DNA of 63,407 nucleotides, filler included, from Octopus bimaculoides (lineage: Eukaryota), in assembly GCF_001194135.2 (NCBI RefSeq). It is 4 parts of 4 records of this genome, joined end to end, with 100 filler letters (N's around TTAATTAATTAA, not from the genome) between each part and the next. Parts side by side here need not be neighbours in the genome. Positions count along the whole stretch, not along the records: positions 47,147 to 63,407 come from NW_026297094.1; 3 more parts are not named here. One strand, 5' to 3'. Shown here piece by piece: positions 63,156-63,407 of the stretch (positions are counted from its first letter, which is position 1; every line of letters begins with the position of its first letter). The position numbers were made by a program, and so were the translations under genes. The notes beneath the pieces are model-generated. The model searched no databases. It was not told the origin of the DNA and was given only the letters and a program-made list of their open reading frames with translations.

Positions 63156-63407
63156 AGATCGGCACCTACTAATATATACATACATATATATATATATAAA
63201 ATTAGGGTATTTCCAGACAAGCACTCAACCCGATTACTGGGCTATCAACACTCTTAGGGTCCAGGCCAATGCCAGAAGTCCTTAGGTGTAGAAATTCCAA
63301 GTTTCACGACAAACGCACTATGAAGCAGGTTTGCTGGAGAGTAAATAATCCAAATAGTAAGAAGACAAAGAAAATTCTTTAACACATCTTTAATGATTCA
63401 TTACAAT

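Overview
AT-rich, microsatellite-dense animal genomic DNA with many N-gaps. The tRNA-SINE, RTE, Dong/R4, Tc1/mariner and Penelope-like repeats point to a coleoid cephalopod, probably Octopus (inference). One protein-coding gene is supported: the middle of a + strand PPM1G-type PP2C phosphatase, with four phase-compatible GT-AG exons at 13369-13991, 17587-17750, 19431-19530 and 21731-21965. Its N-terminal exons were not found here and are probably upstream. The expected next exon (GDHxYK) was not found in the remaining 41 kb. Two in-frame cassette-exon candidates lie at 5781-5861 and 60248-60298. Three artificial 100-bp joins (44N-TTAATTAATTAA-44N) bracket a CpG-rich block (23247-47046) that looks unlike the CpG-depleted gene body and may be mis-scaffolded. 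Inside that block, 32-41 kb is a nest of AT-microsatellite-associated elements. It holds several hammerhead-ribozyme-like motifs, one of them with its strands in a non-canonical order (39346-39405, minus), plus a highly structured ~345-bp tandem repeat and several inverted repeats. Other notable elements are a double-3'-ended DD41D foldback transposon, a Dong/R4 retrotransposon flanked by (TAA)n, a DD34D mariner, a Helentron-type element, a Helitron 3' end and nested RTE LINEs. All structures were read by eye; nothing was computed or searched.
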